This document shows, in pieces, positions 40,614 to 51,990 of a stretch of 64,000 nt of DNA. The DNA is from Pseudogymnoascus verrucosus (Eukaryota), in the NCBI GenBank assembly GCA_001662655.1, contig KV460268.1. The stretch is one strand, 5' to 3'. The notes beneath the pieces were generated by a model. It had not been told where the DNA came from. It did not search any database and worked only from the letters and a program-made list of their open reading frames with translations. A program made the translations under genes and the position numbers. Every line of letters begins with the position of its first letter. Positions within the stretch are counted from its first letter, which is position 1.

Positions 40614-42565
40614 ATGGTCCAGCAAGAGAAACCCTCGGAGGTTCGCCATGACGAGATAGCTCCCTGCACCCAGCCCGCTGAGGAAAACTATCACCAAACA
40701 AATGAAGATCAGGAGGTTTGTTCCTAATCTCATATCATACCGATGTTCGTTTACTAACTTACCCTGACTGGAAGACCGCTAAGTACGTGGGTGGAAATAC
40801 TACCTTCGTCGACGAGGAGACTAGTAACGCGCTTTTCTGGACAGTCAACAAGAGAATCCTAGCATGTATGCTCGGAACTTATTTTTGCCAATCTTTAGAC
40901 AAAGGCACCCTTGGCTTCGCCTCGATTATGGGTATCCAAGATGATGCTCACCTCGTTGGCCAAGATTATAGGTTTGTTCTCTTCGACTCGATTTACTAAA
41001 GGGGTACACCCCAGGTCTAACCTCGATCTCAGTTGGCTTGGCACAATATTATACATGGGAGTGCTTGTCGGAGAGTATCCCACCAACCTCCTGCTACAAA
41101 AACTTCCTGTTGCAAAATATGTCGCAGCCAACGTTTTTCTATGGGGCATTGTCATTGCTTGTTCAGCAGCTGCCAAAGACTTTAAGTCCTTAATGGTAGT
41201 CCGATTCCTGCTTGGCATGTTTGAATCCTGCATACAACCCGCATTTATCATCATGTACGCTCATCTGCTCCTTTAAATTCCCTGAAAAACAAAACTGACA
41301 TACATCAGGACAAGCATGTGGGCAAGTCAACATATCCCAAAATCTAACTCGCAAGCACCATCTAACACACCTATTTCAGTATACGAAACGCGAACAGACC
41401 GTCCTAACTTCGCTCTGGTATTGTATGACTGGAGTACAATTAATGGTAATTTCTATGACTCCCTAATAAAATCCATTAACCAACCTCGACATAGGTCGGA
41501 GGTATCATTGCGTGGGGTGCAAGCCACTACGTCGGGCACTCTATCTATTCCTGGCAACTCCTATTTCTCGTTCTAGGATGCGTGACGTGCGGCTGGGCAG
41601 TTTTTATCGGCTGGTGGCTGCCTGATTCTCCACTGAAGGCGAAGTGCTTCACCGAGGACCAGAAGCGAATGATGGTTGAGCGTGTCCGATCTAATGACAC
41701 TGGGATTCAAAACAAGACTTACAAGGTCTACCAGGCTCTTGAGACGATTAAAGACCCTGTTATCTGGTGCTATATCATGCTGCAGATTACTTCAACTCTT
41801 GTCATCGGTGGCCTCGGCGTGTTTTCGAATATAATCATCAAGTCCTTCGGATTCACTCTTCTACAGACCCAGCTCTTGAATATAGCACAGGGCGCTGTGA
41901 CGATTTTGATTATGGTTGGTGGTGCCACCTTAGGTCAGACAACCGGCCAGACTATTTTGGTTATGCATGTGAGTCTCCTCCTATTCCATCCTCAAAGTAT
42001 AATCTAACAAAATAAATAGACATGGACAATGTGAATTTCCTCAGAATCTAACCCTAGTATTGTATTCCAGCTAATACTACACAGCCCTCCCATAATCGGA
42101 ACCGCGGTTATCTACTCCATTACACCCACCCCCCAAACCCGCGTCGGTCTCCTGATCGCCTTCTACTGTACCCAATTCCACCTTGCACAAGGGAATCTCA
42201 TCTTTTCTCTGATCTCCCGCAACATCGCTGGCCAAACCAAGAAATCTACCGCCCTGGCCATGACCTTTGTGGCCTGGGCCGCCGGGAACATGACCGCCCC
42301 CCAGATCTTCCAGAAGAGCGATGCTCCTCGCTACAAGAATGGCTTCATAGCGCACTTCTGCCTCTACGTCCTCTTTAACATCTTCCTAGTGGTCTTGCGA
42401 CTTTTGCTTACGCGCCGCAACAAGGCGAAGCAGATCACAACAGCGACCGCACTGGCTCTCGAGGGGACGACGGACTTGAAGCAGGTGGATGGAAAAATCA
42501 CGCACGCGCGGGCGTTTGATGATTTGACGGATAAGGAGAATCCGGATTTTAGGTATGTGTTTTAG
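40614..42565 (+). CDS. MFS anion:cation symporter, Dal5/allantoate-permease family (many short introns)
   Basis: TYFCQSLDKGTLGFASIMG, WLGTILYMGVLVGEYP, RFLLGMFES, WLPDSPLKAK, NIAGQTKKST, APQIFQKSDAPRY, DLTDKENPDFRYVF. Confidence 0.92.
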
Positions 42566-42846
42566 GGGAGTGGGAGGATAGTTCCTGTTGCTTGAGGCGA
42601 CTCCGCGGTTGGGAGATTGGGCTGCTATGTGTATACAATGAAACCAGTCGTGAGATGCAGACACACTCTTGCGCACCGATATTCCCCTCAGAAATGAAGC
42701 AAAAGATACCTCTTTCGTAATTGCCGTTCAAGATTTTATCTATCCTTGTGCAGCTATGCCTCGTGAAATATTTAATAAGTATTACAGATGTGATTATATA
42801 AGTTGTGATGAATTCTTAGCTACCATGTTTTGACAGTTTAAACTCA

Positions 42847-43768
42847 TTACGGATTAACGACCCTTCGGCCATCCGTCTGGCCATCGCTTACGTCGTACCA
42901 ACTGATGTTGTCAAAATACAACGTTCTGGTTCCATCATTGTAATTCTCAATATCTACAAGAAAGGTTACTAAAAAATTATTTGTGATATACTCGGAAATG
43001 TTTAAAAGGGAGGGGACGAGCGGGGGGGGAATTATATGTGTGTGTACATATATATATATATTGGGACCACCTACCATAAGCATACTGGCCATTTTTGAAA
43101 TAGAATCCACTGGCGAGCGCATCATCGGACCAACTGTCACCAAAACCGACGTTAATGTTTTTTGAACTGTACACATTGTCGCCATTGTACCACACCTCCT
43201 ACGCGCCCTTTTCTGCTGCGGAGACCTTGAAGCGGACGATGACACTGTTCCAAGTATCCCGCGCAGTGGAGCTCACGATGACATGCTGTGTAGGATTTTC
43301 GCAGGATGAACGATGATCGACGACCAGCTGATTGCTCGTGATGGTAAGAGTTCCACACCAGCTCGAGCACCCCCCCGGGCAGAACTGCTGGGCAACAACT
43401 GTTGACTTGTCGGTTGGGAAGGAGGAGCTGGGAACATAGAGGGCAAATCCCTGACAGCCTTCATTCTTCAGAATCTCGTTGGTTTTGCCAGAATCGAAAT
43501 GGCAAATCTCGGCCCCCTTGTCGTCTCGCGTCCCATCGTAGTTGCTCTCATCAAAATACACCTCGAGCTTGCCGGAGCCAGCGTAGACCGGCGACTTGCT
43601 CGCTGCTTGGGCGTAAGAGGGCGACTTCTGGTTGCACGCAGAGAATGGGCCTAAAGACCCTTCGAATCCACTAGCCTTCAGCGTTGATGGGCATCCCTCC
43701 GAGTTGTCATAGTAATAAACACCTACTCTCCATAGTTCTATTGCGATCACCGTGCGTAGAAACTTCAG
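42847..43768 (-). pseudogene. Disrupted beta-jelly-roll polysaccharide lyase-like gene (PF14099 / PL20-heparinase-I-like fold)
   Basis: One frame reads ...KGAEI..QGFALYVP..VVAQQF..DTWNSVIVRFKVSAAEKGA*EVWYNG..FYFKNGQYAY|DIENY..RTLYFDNISWY. In-frame TAG at 43199-43201, intron 42954-43074, no in-frame ATG (CTG at 43768 heads KFLRTVIAI). Confidence 0.75.
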
Positions 43769-44309
43769 TCTATATTCTGGAGGTTTGCGTTCTTGCGATA
43801 CGCAAGGGTTACGTGCGGGGTACGGGGTAAGGAGCCCCGGGTTTGGTGTCGTCTGTTCCTATGATCTTCACTTGAAGCGATCGTGATGTCTGTCTTGGGC
43901 GGAACGTGGCCCGAACGCGGCCACAGCAATAGTTACTTCAATTCCACGATACTAATCGCACTTATAATTGGTGATTGACCGCCGTACTATATATGGGTAA
44001 GCAACCTCGAACTATAGTCTCAATGCTGTCGAGAGGCATAGCAAATCGAAACCGTCAAATCCTCGCTTGCAAATAAGGTATGGCGCTCCTTCATGCATCT
44101 GTGCCCAATGCTCAGCCTCGTGTCGTGCATGCATCTATCCTTCAGTCCATTCTCTCCGTTCCAACGACGAAAGTTATGCCTATAAAGTTAGACGACAAGT
44201 GATTGATTCCGGTACTGTTGATCGCATTGGCACGATTGTGCTTGCTAGTCAAAGCTTGGGCGCCCTGTAAATCAGCTGGACTCGAGCTACCACTCTGGGC
44301 ATTACAAAC

Positions 44310-47300
44310 ATGGCAGACCCAGTTGGGGCCGGCGCCGGGATTGTTGGCGTCATTGGTCTAGCCATCCAAGTCACGCAGGTTGTGGTCCAATTTGGTATGG
44401 ACTGGAAAAATGCGCCAGATGATGTTAAGGCATTCATGGCCGAATTAGGGGCTCTGAAGACCGTGTTGTCAGAAACAAATACCAATATCCTCCTCAATGC
44501 AGACTTTGAAGCGGCCTTTCAGGACCAACCGTCGGTACTATTATCTCAATTGGGGCCTAATGCTCCGTCAACAACAGACACAAAGCGGTTGCTAGAGATC
44601 TGCAAGAAAGAGCTGGAATCGTTGCTTAAAGAGCTGAAAAAGAGGGGAGAAGGCCATCAATTAGGTTGGGGGAGATTCAAAAGTGCCTTTTTGGCTCAAG
44701 ATACTCGAGATTCGGTTGAAAATCTATGCCGACAATGTCAGCTGTTGAACAGCATGCTCTCGATCGACGCGGCTGTGCTGGGAGCAACCACGTATAAAGA
44801 AGTCAAGGAGGCACGGAAAGAGCAACAGGAATGGCACGAGGCCGAAGAAAAGATTTCCATGGCTATAAGAGGTGGCGTAGACGAGTCTAACTCGCGACAA
44901 GAGAATCAAATACGGAAGCACCAGGACCAAGCAATTCTCGACTGGCTTACCCCTATCGATTACGCTCCTCAACAGAGCGATTTTATCAGTCGGCGACAAA
45001 CAGGGACTGGACAGTGGCTTCTCGATTCGACAGAGTTCCAGTCATGGCTTATGACAGAAAAACAGACGTTGTTATGTCCGGGAATTCCAGGTTCAGGGAA
45101 GACAATTCTTACGTCAATTGTGATAGAAGAGCTTATCATGCAATTTGGCAATGATAAAAACATAGGCATCGCATATCTCTATTGCAACTTCCGGCGCCGA
45201 GATGAGCAGAAGATTAACGACTTATTACAAAGTCTTCTCAAACAGTTAGCTCAAGGTTTAAATCCTCTACCAGACGCTGCAAAATCTCTCTACGCTAAAC
45301 ATATTAATATCCGAACGCGGCCAACATTAGATGAGCTCTCACAGGCTCTACATGCAGTTGCTGCTTTGTATACAAAGGTCTTTATCATTGTTGACGCCCT
45401 CGATGAATGTCTAATGACAGGTAGCCACCGATCGAATTTTCTATCGAGGATCTTTGATGTCCAAGAAAAAAGTGGATCAAACCTGTTTATGACATCAAGA
45501 CATATACCAGAAATCATTGAAATATTTAGCGGGCATACATTGTTGGAGATTCGTGCATTAGAAAGTGATGTACGGAAGTATGTGGATGGCAACATATCAA
45601 ATCTGCCGTCTTTCGTTAGGCGCAGTCCCGAGTTACAAGAGGAAGTTAAGACTGGGATCGTGGAAGCTGTTGATGGCATGTATGTAATATATACTCAAGC
45701 CCTTTCAAAACACTAATTATTCATATAGGTTCTTGCTCGCGCACCTTCATCTAGATTCTTTAATTGGAAAAAGATCACCGAAGGCTGTCCGAACTGCATT
45801 GAAATCGCTCCCCTCTGGATCCAACGCATACGACGAAGCCTATAAGGATGCAATGATTCGAATTGAGGGACAACTGTTGGATCAAAAAGGCCTTGCTTGG
45901 CAGGTACTATCATGGATCACTTGTGCGAAAAGACCTTTGACAATGGTTGAACTCCAGCATGCACTTGCGATAGAACTAGGCGAATCTAGCCTCGACGAAG
46001 ATAACCTCCCACAAATTGAGGATATGGTCTCAGTTTGTGCCGGATTAGTCACTGTCGACGAGGAAAGTGAAATCATTCGACTGGTTCATTATACAACACA
46101 GGAGTACTTTGAGCGAACGAAGGAAACATGGTTTCCAAATCTGGAGGCTGAAATTACGAAAATCTGCGTCACATATCTCTCATTTGATACGTTTAAAGGT
46201 GGAGTCTGCCAGAACGACAAGGAGTTTGAAGAACGACAACAGTCAAACCAACTTTACAATTACGCCTCATTTAATTGGGGTCACCACGCGCGCGAAGCTT
46301 ATACATCTATCCCAGAAGTCCACAGCTTTCTCGAAACAGATGGTCAACTTCAGGGATCTATCCAAGTACTACTAGTCAAGAAGACGCATTACTTGGGCGA
46401 GTCACAGTATAGCCGAGTCTTTCAAAATGGGTTGATAGGAATACACTTAGCAGCATATTTCGGAGTTGAAAAAACAGTACAATATTTCCTCGGCACTTAT
46501 ATCTCAGATGTGAAAGATAAATCTGACCGAACGCCACTGTCGTGGGCTGCAGCGAATGGACACGAAGCTGTAGCTAAACTGCTGTTAGCGAACAACGCTG
46601 ATATAACCTAAAGGATACACGCTGGGGTCAGACGCCACTGTCGTGGGCTGCGGAGAATGGCCAGGAAGCTATGGTTAAGCTGCTGGTAGCGAACAACGCC
46701 GATATTGAATTGAAGTGTACAAGATATGGCTGGACGCCACTGGTGTGGGCCGTGGTAAATGGGCGCGAAGCTGTAGTAAAGTTTCTACTAGAGAGCGGTG
46801 CTGAGTTCAACTCACAAGATAACTCCAACCAGACGCCGCTGTCATGGGCTGCAGTGAAAGGGCATGAAGCTATATTCAAGCTGCTGTTGGAGAAAGGCGC
46901 TGATATCGATTTAAAGGATGACAAAACCCGAGCACCACTATCGTATGCTGCAGAGTACGGACACGAAGCTATACTCAAGCTACTGCTCGTAGATAGTGCC
47001 GAGGTTAACTTGAAGTCTACATATTTGAGCAGGACGCCGCTGGTGTGGGCCGCACCGAATGGACATGTAGCTGTAGTCAAGTTACTGCTACAACACAATG
47101 CAGAGGTCGACGCAGAGGACAACCATAACCGGACGGCCTTATCGCATGCGGCAGAGCGCGGGCACGAAGCTTTAGTTAAACTGCTGCTCGCGTACAATGC
47201 TAAGGTCAACGTAGAGGACGGCTCGGAACGAACGCCGCTGCTGTATGCTGTACGGGGTAATCACGAAGCTATAGTCAAGATGCTGTTGGAGAAACACGCT

Positions 47301-47423
47301 AAAATCGACTTGAAGGATACCACCCATGAGCACACGGCGTCATCGTTGGCGGAAATGAAAGAGGATGAGGCTGTGATAAAGTTGCTAGAGATACACAAGC
47401 AGGAACAGTGTGTAGTCTGTTAA
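44310..47423 (+). pseudogene. Fungal NLR: HeLo-like N-terminal domain + NACHT + ~10 ankyrin repeats, frameshifted near 46605
   Basis: MADPVGAGAGIVGVIGLAIQV, Walker A GIPGSGKT, Walker B FIIVDALDE, intron 45680-45728 (DGM|FLLA), winged-helix CAGLVTVDEE..RLVHYT. TAA at 46609, after which the ankyrin repeats continue in another frame. Confidence 0.85.
46531..47390 (+). repeat. Ankyrin-repeat array (~99-102 bp units)
   Basis: Repeated TPLSWAA..GHEA..KLLL units. Identical ACGCCACTGTCGTGGGCTGC at 46531 and 46632. Confidence 0.9.
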
Positions 47424-47783
47424 TTCAACCTACAAAGAATCACCAAGAACTATGTCAACATTCGCTGTTTTTGCTTGTGTAAATGTATTATTTGCTCTTC
47501 TAACACTACAAACCCCTCGCAGTGGCACCCCATCAAGACCCTGTAGCCTCTCCTCCGCATATCTGTCGGCATCACTCATTACCAGCCGTCGACAATCCAA
47601 TGAAAAGCCAGGCAACTCCTCGAACAAAATAAGGAAACCCTCCTCTAACTCCTGTACCTCGTCTATATCCATGCCATCCCTTCATAAACACACAGTATGA
47701 GTACATCGTAACCTCGAGATCATAGTCCCAGGAAGCCATCCAACTATAAACGACGAGCAACAGAAACCTAAATCTCCATCGCC

Positions 47784-48946
47784 TCACCACGTAACCATCT
47801 CCTCCGAAGCCTCTGGTTTACAAACAAGACAAGCCACCCAGTTATGCGGATTCGCCTCGTCAGGAAACCAGCCAGACTCACAATTCCCACAACCCTGCAC
47901 AAACGGTTGAGAAGCGCCCGCGGCAGCCGGCTGTTCGGCCACCTCTGTCGATTCTGCAGCCTGCAATCTCGAATTCCTCGCCGTAATCCTCGATCTCTCA
48001 CACATCTGATTACACTTCCCACCACACTTCCACCCCGCCTCCGTCTGATTCCTCTTCAAGCACTTTGAGCATCTCCACCAGGCCATTACGACGTTCCTGT
48101 CTTGGAGCCACTGCACGACATCCCGATGCGTCTTCTTCACGAGGTCTTCGCGGTGGTACTCCCGGTAGTGCTCGCGGCAGTGGTCCTTTCGGTCAAAGGC
48201 CTCTTTGTGCTTGCACTTTGAGTAGTCGCAGAAGTGGCGCTCGGTGTTGCCCTTGCCGTGCACGGTGGTGAAGTGGCGCTCGAGGTCGAAGGGGCGCTTG
48301 ACGGGCTTGGAGATGCATTTGGGAACGTAGCATTTGTGGACTAGGTTTCCTTTCTCGCTGGTTTGGGTTAGATGGGGGGTTCGGAAATGGGATGGGTGGG
48401 AGTATATGGGACTTACTCGTATACTTTGTCTGAGAGGCGCCTCGCGGGAAACTTTTCGGATTCTAGATATCCTGGCTGAAGAGTGTGATATGCTCCTTCT
48501 TTGTCGACGTGGAAGTCATAATACATCCACCATGAAATATTTGGGTCGCCGTCTCTCTCGATATCGAACAATGGTTTTGACATGACTTGATCTTGGAAAG
48601 AGGGAAGTGGAAAGTTGTACAAATTTGCTGAACCAGTGACTGAGTGGACAGGTGAATAGCCCTGATGAAGAGAATAACCGCCAGACGTCGTATGCGGAGG
48701 TGCTTGAGAAGTGAAGCTCCCGTAGGATGAGAACGAGCTGTTGCTGTCAAGTGATTCGAACGTGTCGGTGGTATTATTACTTGAGTATGAGTTGAAGCTG
48801 GATCCGGAGTCGTCACGTTCCATATACGGCGCGAAGTGATGTTGATCAGACTGTTGCCCTTCATATATGACGCTGTTACTGGCATCCGGGACTTCTATAT
48901 TCCACCAGGGCATGAAGTCGTCTGGAATATCACAATCCATGTTCAT
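47784..48946 (-). CDS. C2H2 zinc-finger protein with an extra Cys-rich C-terminus (2 exons)
   Basis: Intron ~48358-48416 joins in frame. CYVPKC...DLERHFTTVH and CDYSKC...RKDHCREHYREYH, then WWRCSKC..WKCGGKCNQMC and CGNC...CLVC. Confidence 0.8.
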
Positions 48947-51129
48947 AATCTATACGTCTTCGGTTTGGTGTTTGATTGGTTGTAGATGGGGGGGAGTGTG
49001 GAGGATCAACGTTCAGATGAGATTGAGTTCCGTATTTTGATCAGGAACGTCAGCATATGACTAGAATCTAGCCCTTGGAGAAATGTCAAGTGGGTCAAAA
49101 AACAAGAATTTGAAACCGGGGCTGAAGAATGGACCAATATATAGGTGTTGAGAATACGTAGAATGTGAGATATAAGCCATTTTATCTTTAATGGGCAAAG
49201 CTCCCGTAATTCACGCTACAAAATGTGAAAGCTAGAAACAGAGGTATGGAGATAGGTAGGAAGTATGCACTTTTGCCGCCCTGAATGGGTGATAGACAGT
49301 CGAGTATGAGGATGACGACAGCCAGTGAATTTTTGTAAGGCGAACGAGGCCACACCGAGCAATGTGAGAAGAGCTTACTACCGTATAGGAGCCTTGGCAG
49401 CTCGTGCCTGGGTATTAAGGGACGGAACGCTAAGTTATTGGGATGAACCTACTCGTGACCGCATTGAAAAAGACTCGTGGGGGAAGGCTGAATCCAAGAT
49501 GAATTGCTTCGTTGCACCTAACGGCTAAGGCTGGGGGTTGAAGGCAGAGATGCTGACGCGACGGCGAGATCCTGAAGTTCCACAAAGGTCCGAAATAGCG
49601 CTACATTGATAATAGCGGGTGGCGACTAGCTCCATGAGCTTCAGGGATCGGGAGGGGCCGTGTGTCGCCTCACTTTGAGCCTTAACACCGATGTTGGACA
49701 GGGAATGCTGATCTAGGGCTTGTAGAACATTTCACGATAGTCGCCCGTTCCCTCAATAGTTCACCGACCCGAGAAACGTACTCCGTGCTTGGCTTCAGTT
49801 CGAAAACTCGCGTCCAGCCCGTCGATTTCGATGATGGAGTCGTATGTATCGAAGCCTTCTCGTGCTCAAACAGCGCGATCCATCGCGATCTCTTTTGTGA
49901 CACGGACTCAACAGGGTAATGGGTAGTGCCAGCCTCGCGCCAAGGGTGGGCACGGCTCATACTACAGTATGCTGCTATATCGCTCAGCTGGGCTGGATTT
50001 CTCTCGATGCGCGATCAGCGACACACTTCAGAGTACCAACACAGCGTGAATTCGACATCGCGACTAAACCAACAATCATGGGACGAACAAGCGGTGAAAG
50101 TGTCGTTTCTGGATGATTGAACAATCCATTGGAAGTACTCCCCGCTATCCCGCGCGAAATGCCCCGTAGAAAGCCTGGGTCCACCGTTTGTATCGCGGGT
50201 AAAAAACGAGGCTGTCTAGTCTCCTCCAACATAAACGAGGCTCGTCGTTGGATGAGCCATTTCGGGCCTTCGCTAACATGGTGGGGGGCCACCCTAATGA
50301 TGTTTCCAGCAAGCGGCAAAGCGTCCAGGACGGGGAGAATGTCGCACGGAATGTGATTCTGGGAATTCGCATCGCGTTGGAGTTCTAACAGGATATATGT
50401 CGGGGCTTCATAGATATATTCTAATATATTGTCAGAGCAATGCAAAAAGAGCTGATCGGGAGGTACATGACGTGAATGTTGTCGTTGCCATAGCCAATCA
50501 TCGCCTGAGAATCGCCTCAAATCGATCGCGGCATTCCATTGGTCAATCTCCCGTAAATCCCCTAAACACGCCCAAACTGGGACTATATCCGTTTGAATAT
50601 AAGAGTCATAATTCAGTAAACAAAAAGTGTTTCAATATCTCCTTCACGAGAGGTGTCAGTAAATATTTTCCCAAGTTCGACTTTGGGATACCAGCGCTTT
50701 ATATTTGTCCTGTAACTCAGGTCGCTGTCATCCCTCCCCTCCGCAATATTGGGCATAACTGCATGACGCATGAAGCGAGGACCCGACTCACAAATTCCAC
50801 GACAGGAGGCAACATTGGCTGGATAGCAAACGTCCCGGGTCTAATATATACGACCACCTGGTGCGTTGTCAGACAGTTTTGAGTCCTGCGACCTATTGCG
50901 CAGCCAGACGATTTTGCCGCATTCTAGTTGCCGCATCAGCACATACGTTGCGGCGTAGCAAAGTTCGCAATTGGAAGGCGAAGCGCCGCGCTGTATAACA
51001 GGGACTTACCCGTCACCTCCTTTGTTTGCATCGGTATCATTCCGCCTACAGTACAGCGGCGAGAGGCTCATAGGAGGCTCTTCTAAGACTAATTCCATAC
51101 CCTCGGAACCCAGTCATCCATCCCCAAAA

Positions 51130-51990
51130 ATGTCCGCTCCCGAACCAACCTTCGACCTATTCACCTCCCTCCGCTACGACCCCCTCCTCCTCACCTGCGC
51201 CGCCAACACAACCCTCAGCCCCTCCCCATCCCCCTTCTACATGCTCTCCCACCACCGCGACCGCATCCTCTCCGCAGCACAGCACTTCAACTGGCCCTTA
51301 GCCATCGCGCGGCTATCCGGTCCCTCCGGACTAGACCATTTCCTCGCCGCCCTCAAGGATGCGGTAGATACTACATCTACCGCTCCTAGACGAGTTCGAG
51401 CAGTTGTTGATAGAGAGGGCGGGATTAGCGTGGATAGTTTTGAAATCCCGAAACGCCCACTCAGAAACCTTTTTCCCACGCGATTACCGCCGCCGGGGAC
51501 AGGGCCGCCGAGAGTTAACCCGTTGACGGGGGGCGCGTTGACTCTAGGCGATGATGACTCAACTGTGCAGCAGGGACCCGGATACGGCGAGCCCTCGCGT
51601 GAGCAAGCATGGTCCGTCATGCTGGACCCGGTAGACACATCCCCCTCCCCCCTCACCTCCTACAAGACCACCAGCCGAGACATGTACAACTCCGCCCGCA
51701 CACGGGTAGGTATAGAATCCATGTCCGACCCGAAGGAGGTGTTGATATGCAGCACGAAAGAGGGGGAGATCATGGAGGGGAGTCTAACGACGGTGTTGTT
51801 TTGGAGGGGGGGAACGTGGGTGACGCCGCCGGTGGAGAGTGGAGGGCAGGTTGGGACGACGAGGAGGTGGGCGTTGGAGAATGGGTTGTGTGTAGAGGAG
51901 GTGGTGAGGAGGGGGGAGGTGGTGGATGGGGAGGAGTGTTGGGTTAGTAATGGGGTGAGGGGGTTTATTGCTGGGGTGATAAAGCTGTAG
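51130..51990 (+). CDS. ABZ2: Aminodeoxychorismate lyase (aminotransferase class IV)
   Basis: FDLFTSLRYDP, YMLSHHRDR, YKTTSRDMY (PLP Lys), EIMEGSLTT, GGQVGTTRRWAL, SNGVRGF. Confidence 0.88.
   Translation: MSAPEPTFDLFTSLRYDPLLLTCAANTTLSPSPSPFYMLSHHRDRILSAAQHFNWPLAIARLSGPSGLDHFLAALKDAVDTTSTAPRRVRAVVDREGGISVDSFEIPKRPLRNLFPTRLPPPGTGPPRVNPLTGGALTLGDDDSTVQQGPGYGEPSREQAWSVMLDPVDTSPSPLTSYKTTSRDMYNSARTRVGIESMSDPKEVLICSTKEGEIMEGSLTTVLFWRGGTWVTPPVESGGQVGTTRRWALENGLCVEEVVRRGEVVDGEECWVSNGVRGFIAGVIKL

Noticed and set aside
43035..43062. (TG)n(TA)n tract
   Set aside because: Simple microsatellite inside the intron of the disrupted lyase gene.
46531..47390. Regularly spaced ~100-bp repeats, superficially CRISPR-like
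   Set aside because: They are in-frame ankyrin coding repeats in a eukaryotic gene.
51979..51990. ABZ2 C-terminal -IKL as a peroxisomal PTS1
   Set aside because: Ile at the -3 position does not fit the small-residue PTS1 consensus.
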